64,000 nucleotides of DNA from Convolutriloba macropyga (Eukaryota). Location of the stretch: contig NC_134472.1 of NCBI RefSeq assembly GCF_964194025.1, positions 16,616,001 through 16,680,000 of the forward strand, read 5' to 3'. The position numbers and the translations under genes were made by a program. The notes under the pieces were generated by a model. It had not been told where the DNA came from, did not search any database, and was given only the letters and a program-made list of their open reading frames with translations. Below, one piece after another: positions 57,820 to 64,000 of this stretch; the stretch's first letter is position 1; each line of letters begins with the position of its first letter.

Positions 57820-58789
57820 ATTGACCACTAACTTACTCCCAATCTTGACTAGTTAACCTTTTATTATGAAAATGGTATGAAAACTTTTATAAATAATGTC
57901 AAAGTTAACGGCTAATAAAAGAAAATTTAATATGGAAATCAAAGGTACTGAAGTGATCATCCATTAACTTGGCATCAGACATTGTTAACATGAATTATGC
58001 TAATCTTTGAAGAGGTTAATCAAAGTCTTTTTGAACAGCTTTTTTTGCACTACCTAGGTTGAGGTCCCTACTTAAAACAAATCGAGTTGACGCGTTGAGA
58101 CAATTATAAGACGCCGTCAAAAGGATTATAGCATAAACAAATCCGGCTTTCTCAATTGCCAGCTCAAATGCATTGCTTAGAACTCAATTTTTAAATTCAT
58201 TTTTTCGTCAATTCTGGACAAAACAAAACGAGGGCATATCCAGCGTAGCATCATCACACTTTGCTGTCCTTGCCGTTAGCCTGTTTTTGCCTCGATCTTT
58301 TGTGGAGTCCTTGCTTTTGTCGCAGTCTGTCATGTGAACTTTATTTGCCCTGAAATCGGTGGCAATGCAAATGAGCGCTGATTTAGTTTGAGCTCATTCT
58401 CTTTCTTCGGGATGGTCAAAACTCTAATCCAAACTACACGTGTTATTCATAACTCTCAAGTCAAATTACTGTTTGAAAAACAATTTAATAAGCTATGTTG
58501 TTACGAAAAATTATGTTAAGCAATTAAAATCTTTGCTTCAATCACGTGAGAATTTACCTAATACCATTCAGACCAATGCCATTATACCCAATGCCATTAT
58601 ACGCTATGCACTTTAAGTTTTTCGCTCAATAATTCGAGGTTGTCATAGAATACTAAAGCCAATAGTTTGCTCTCATGGTCGGTTGTGATAATTTCACATC
58701 AAAGCCCACGAGACCCTGAGGCATGACCATGGTGTGAACAGACAAAACACAAAATAATGGATTGCAACACAAAATCAGCACTTCTTAGG

Positions 58790-60230
58790 GTTTAATATTA
58801 GAACTGCGGCCTCTCAAAAATTTAGTCATGTTCTGATAATGGCACTTTTGAACAGGTTCCTGTAAACATGCGTCAATTGTTGCGTAATTAGATTTGTTTT
58901 TACTTATTTTTAATGACCAGTGATTATCTTCTTCACCATTGTTTCTGAGAGTTGTTTGTCTTTCACTTGCTTAAGCAGTTTTGGTACCGATGGACGTTTA
59001 GTTTTAAACAGTTTTACAAAATTACTGTTCAAACCAACAACAGAGTTGTTTGTTCTTGGATAACCTTTCTTTATGCATTTGCAACAGTTCCAAAGTTCAA
59101 TTGCAAATCGTGGTTTCTGCCTCTGAACAGTAGAGTCGTATCGAATGAACATTGTCTTCAAAGAAGATGAAATTGACGCACTTTCCTCTGGGCTAGATGA
59201 CTACAATTTTTTAAACGCATTAATGACATCCCTTGGTGGCCAGAAGCCTTGCAATTAATCACTCTGATATTTTGTGAATACTCCAAGTTATTCTTAGTGT
59301 TTTTCCGGCCGACTACATTTGTCTCCACAAGTTTTGACGAAGTTGGCTGAATCAAATTTCAATGTGAATATTTTCATTCACTGAAGAAATGCGTTCCAAA
59401 CTGAAAATTTGAAATCGATTGCTACTCGTTTTGTTGATGTTTCCAGAAATGAACTGAGTAGTTTTCAGTTCACTTCCGGAAACATCAACTATGTTGATGT
59501 AAACATCAAAATGAGTAGTTTTTGGTTGCTTGTATATGTTTTATCGGGAAGAAGCGCATAAACGAGAGTCAAGTGGATTCCATCACAGGAAGCATGAGCT
59601 TTGCAGGACTCAATGAAAACGTTTAGAGCTTTGTGACTATCCCATCGCAGAATCAATCATCTGCTTGCTCCTGCAAATCATTGGCTGAAAGCGACTTGAA
59701 CGAAAAATTTTGCTTTCAACTTGGAAATATGAATCATAATACACAACCATGTTCTATTTGTAAGATCTCGGGATTCTCAAATCTTTTCAGTGATTAGAAC
59801 TCACCCATCTGTGGACAATTGCGTTGTCGCGCTGAATTCACTGTTATTTAGATTCAGCTGTAGTCTGGAATTTTGGCAGTTGTTTTCTACTAATGTGTTT
59901 TTGGGCAAAAAATAATGTTCGGCTTGGAGTCTTCTGAGCAACTATTTTTCTGTGTCGAGGGGAATGTTCTCAATTCAATGTGCGCTTGATCTTGTAAATA
60001 GCTGTGAACTGTTTTAACTTCGATTTTTTCAATGCGCCTTTTGACTCTGCCACAGCATATTTTAAAACAAATTTGACAAGAAGGTGCGCCATCAGTATGT
60101 TGTCCGTGCATAATAGAGCAATAGCATTCAGAGACCAGATATTCCAATTTTCTGTTTGCTCAATGAATTCTATTTTAACATATTGCGTCAAATTTATTCT
60201 GACACGCATTATGAGGCCATCTTATAAATG
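58790..60230 (-). mobile_element. Decayed MULE (Mutator-like) transposase
   Basis: Remnants LVYALLPDK (~59567-59540), AF.PPRDVI (~59250-59222) and PRFAIELWN...YPRTNNSVVG.N (59110-59025; cf. MULE PRTNN.VEGWN). Frameshifted. Confidence 0.75.
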
Positions 60231-60439
60231 CGTGCCAATTAAAACAAACCAGAGCTTAGCAACTAAATTTTAACGGCTTTTAAAATTTTGATGATTTCAC
60301 TGGGTTTAGCCTAATTGTGATATTTTTCTTGTTAATGAATGCGATGAGTCACTAACATTGACATTTTGGGACTGTTCTGTCTGCAAAATTTTTGTGTGTT
60401 TTTTGGAACTGTTTTCTCTGGGTTTTTGCTGCAATTTAG

Positions 60440-61446
60440 GACTGTTTTTCTATGACTGTCTTTTCTTAGGCCCTGGCCATTAAGTACTATAAAATATACG
60501 TGTAATAGCGACTGCTGATTTGTAATTGAAATATAGAACCAAAAATTTGAAACGCATTTCCTAAATTGGAATTGTACTGTTTGCTCCTTATGTGGATCGA
60601 TCTCGGAGGGAGTAAGCTCAGCTTTTAATTTACAAGCCAAAAGCACTCAACCTCTGGCTAGTGGCCAGAAGCCTTGCAAGTAATCACTCTGATATTTTGT
60701 GAATACTCCAAGTTATTGTTTTTCTAGGACTGTCTTTTTTTAGACCCTGACCCTTAAGTACTATAAAATATACATGTAATAGCGACTGCTGATTTGTAAT
60801 TGTATTATAGAACCAAAAATTTGAAACGCATTTCCTAAATTGGAATTGTACTGTTTGCTCCTTATGTGGATCGATCTCCGAGGGAGTAAGCTCAGCTTTT
60901 ATTTTACAAGTCAAAAGCATTCAACTTTTGGCTAGTGGCCAGAAGTCTTGCAAGTAATCACTCTGATATCTTGTGAATACTCAAAGAACCTGACCATTAA
61001 GTTCTATAAAATATACGTGTAAAAGCGACTGCTGATTTTTAATCGGGTTATAGAACCAAAAATTTGAAACGCATTGCGCCAAATGGAATTGTACCGTTTG
61101 CTCCTTATGTGGATCGATTCTCCGAGGGATTAAGTTCTGCTTTTAATTTTAAAGTCAAAAGCACTCAAATTTTTGGCTAGTGGCCAGAAGTCTTGCAAAT
61201 AATCACTCTGATATTTTGTGAACAATCCAAGTTATTGTTTTTCTAGGACTGTCGTTTTTTAGACCCTGGCCATTAAGTACTACAAAATATACGTGTAATA
61301 GCGACTGCTGATTTGTAATTGGATTATAGGACCAAAATTTTGAAACGCATTGCGCAAAATGGAATTTTACCGTTTGCTCCTTATGTGGATCGATCTCCGA
61401 GGGAGTAAGCTCTGCTTTTAATTTACAAGTCAAAAGCACTCAACTT
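60440..61446. repeat. Tandem repeat, ~245-275-bp unit, 4 copies
   Basis: ttaagt.cta.aaaatatac.tgtaa...tgtggatcgatctccgaggga..caaaagca.tcaa recurs at ~60480, 60755, 60997 and 61273. Confidence 0.93.
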
Positions 61447-62591
61447 TGCAAAAATTTCTTACAACCTATATTGACACTTGTTGTGATGCGATGTTTTGCA
61501 ACTGAGTTTTGTTTTTTTTTACTCTAAAAATTTGCTCGCTCAGAGCTCAAATGTTCCGAAGCTCATTTCAGATTCGTCATTCAAGTTTTGGTCGCCTTCA
61601 TCAAGACTATCATGTACAATTCGCCGAATTAGATTAAATATAAAAATTTACTTTTCCATGAAATTGGTGGTAGTAAAAAATGCCTTCAAGAAATTGCTTT
61701 CAACTTTCGTTTGGTGTTGGCATTCATTTAAGAGCTTCGAAACAAACGTTTCTTGGTGTTCATTTTTTCGGCATATTTATTGCCCGGTTCTGTGCTCAAT
61801 ACTAGGTGAATCCCGACAGTAATCAGTAATTCTCTGACAAAACTTCAATGCCCTCCGTCCATCTTTTTCAGTTAACCGTCAGATGACGAACGAAGACTTC
61901 AATGGAGATGCGAAGTATTTTTTGGGAGTCCCTCTGAGCTTGGTCAGAGCAATTGCTTATTGTAACGTGATAAATCTAAAGTTGTTCGTGATAAGAGACG
62001 ATATTTCGCAACGAACTTTTACCTCGCGCCATTAACCTACTCGTGATATAGTTTAGTCTAGCATATAGTTTAATGAAGGTAATCTAAAAATCTGTTCTCC
62101 TTTAAGCATTGCTACCCCCTTCACTGCCTTTGTAAATCGGTAAAAATTTAAAAATCAGCGTCAGAAGAACATTTTAGCAGATAAATATAAACTGAGCCGA
62201 GCCTCGATTAGACAAGCAGCGATTTGAATCTGCGATCCATTCTGTTTCGTCCCCCCTCCCCATCTTAGAGGACATATATCTTTTCCCGTAGACTCACGTG
62301 CTAATTTTTACATTGTAACGTGCCATATAAAACCACATAGTTTGTAATGGGGGCATAAAAACACTGAGGGAGAGGGAAACAGAATTTATCGGAATCTAGT
62401 TTGGCTTGAAACGGCCTGTTTTTGCTGTTGCGGTTAACAACTACTCAATTTTTATTGATTCCCTGCAGACTCCACAGGGACTCCTTTTCATCAACTGTTA
62501 ATACTCGAAGTTGATCAAAGCAATTTATGTCATATTTTGGGACTCACAAATCAGCTTGAAATTAAATCTAGACCAAACATGGATCAGAAAT

Positions 62592-62739
62592 TGGATCTTC
62601 TCCGTTCGTGCCCCCCCATTACGCAGCAAGCGCTATTGCATGATGAATAATTATTTAAAAATATAGCACGTGCGTCTGGGCGATGCATGTAATGTGCACC
62701 CGCTAAGCGGGGGTGGGGGGCACAAACGGAAAAGATCCC
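62592..62739. mobile_element. MITE-like element, same family as 47660-47951
   Basis: ggatcttctccgttcgtgccccccc ... ggggggcacaaacggaaaagatcc. A more diverged relative lies at ~62234-62390. Confidence 0.7.
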
Positions 62740-64000
62740 AGAAATTTAACAGCCTTGAAGTAGTCGCTTTAAGTAGTCACTATTAGTCTCATTTTTGGTA
62801 AATTGACTTGATTTGCAAAAAAAACAACCTCCTCTTGTTTCAAATTACCTCTTTGGGAAATTCCGCTAACTTTTGCAGACTATAGATAGAAAATACAGCT
62901 AACGTTTCTGGGTTTCTATTCACAAACAAATGGATGAAAAAGGTGCTGCATATCAGAGAAATACTCTAAAAACGAGCCGAAAGTTGACGATTCTTTTTTT
63001 TAAAAAAACTTTTCCGTTTGTGTCATCAGTATTTTATCCTCACCCCAGTTAGAGAGCAAGTGTCATCACATGATAAACCATTTTGTGCATATATATGGGC
63101 ATTATTTTTTGCAACAACTAAATTAAAATTATAACCATACGGTTAAATATATTTTAATTAAAACAAACTTCAAATCATTCAAACAAAATAAAGGAATATA
63201 CATCAATAAGATTCACATTATAATCTTTTCTTCCTATTGTTTTCTTCCTAAAAAACAAAATTACTTTTAAAAGCTCCTATGTTACTACTCAGAGGAATTT
63301 TTTCATGTTGTGAGAGCAAGAAATTATTCAATGTTTTCTCAAAAACATTTTCATTTTTTGCCAACCGAATGCACTGTGGTAACTTATTCCAATTTTGTAC
63401 GCTTTGACGATCAATCTAATTCATTCCAAAGCTGGTTTTGACGTTCTGGCTGCTTTTGAATGATTTTGTTTGAGTATTTTGATTAAGACTCAAATACCTG
63501 TGAATATTTTCAGAATTTTTTTGGCCTGGCTATATCATAATGCAATTTGGTTAGCCACATTTTTGCTTTTTTTAGCTCAGCTGGTAGCGTTTTTGTCTGG
63601 CTTAGCACATCTCTCGCGTTGTCATACTTTTTGCGTAGAAAGCACACGTTTATAGCGCAGTTGATCTGTCGGTTATGCCGCTTTAGGTTCTTTGCAGATA
63701 AACTTGAAAAAAAATTGCCAAAAATGATAAGTCTGAAAGCACAAGTGATTTTAGAACAAGAATGCGCGCGTTCAGTGGAATTTGGTGTCTTAATAGATAT
63801 ATTGATTTTATAGCAAGAGCCATCTTTTTAACGTTTTATTCCGCTGCTCATCGAAAATAAGATTCCTGTCAATTTGAATATCAGGATATAAGAAACTTTT
63901 TTGTGTTGTGAGAACTTTGTTTTTGCAAAAAAATAGATCCGAAATCAGAATTAGTGCGCGAGAAAAAGATTAATTCGGTTTTGTTTGTATTCAAATTTAG

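Noticed and set aside
60332-61439. Repeated MLLTCKLKAELTPSEIDPH ORFs
   Set aside because: Products of the tandem repeat, mostly non-ATG starts; the third unit is frameshifted.

Overview
AT-rich, intron-containing, repeat-dense DNA from an invertebrate animal; an innexin and GT-AG introns are present, but the species cannot be fixed from sequence alone. Four host genes are supported: (i) the 5' two coding exons of a PC-esterase/PCED1 (FAM113)-like gene (minus, 5642-4122, remaining exons not found); (ii) an intronless-CDS ZnT5/SLC30A5 zinc transporter (minus, 10221-12536); (iii) an intronless-CDS HORMA protein MAD2L2/REV7 (minus, 17198-17773); (iv) a 7-exon, 411-aa innexin (plus, 45210-57819). 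The rest is transposons and tandem repeats: a near-intact Penelope-like (GIY-YIG) retroelement with two decayed relatives, a full-length Gypsy element with identical 134-bp LTRs and a 5-bp TSD, three decayed CR1/L2-type LINEs, a decayed MULE transposase, nested TIR elements/MITEs in innexin introns, and several 0.17-1.2 kb satellites. Best leads: (1) the Penelope RT has a complete C4HC3 PHD finger inserted inside the polymerase core, between motif B' and YVDD, at the same position in a diverged second copy, and the family carries a minimal hammerhead whose stem II covaries between copies; (2) the Gypsy element has no tRNA primer site but a perfect 15-nt match to its own LTR, implying self-priming; (3) some innexin introns are bounded by direct repeats of the flanking exon sequence; (4) an AUG-UGA start-stop overlaps the ZnT5 start codon. 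All family assignments come from motif recognition; no database searches were run.
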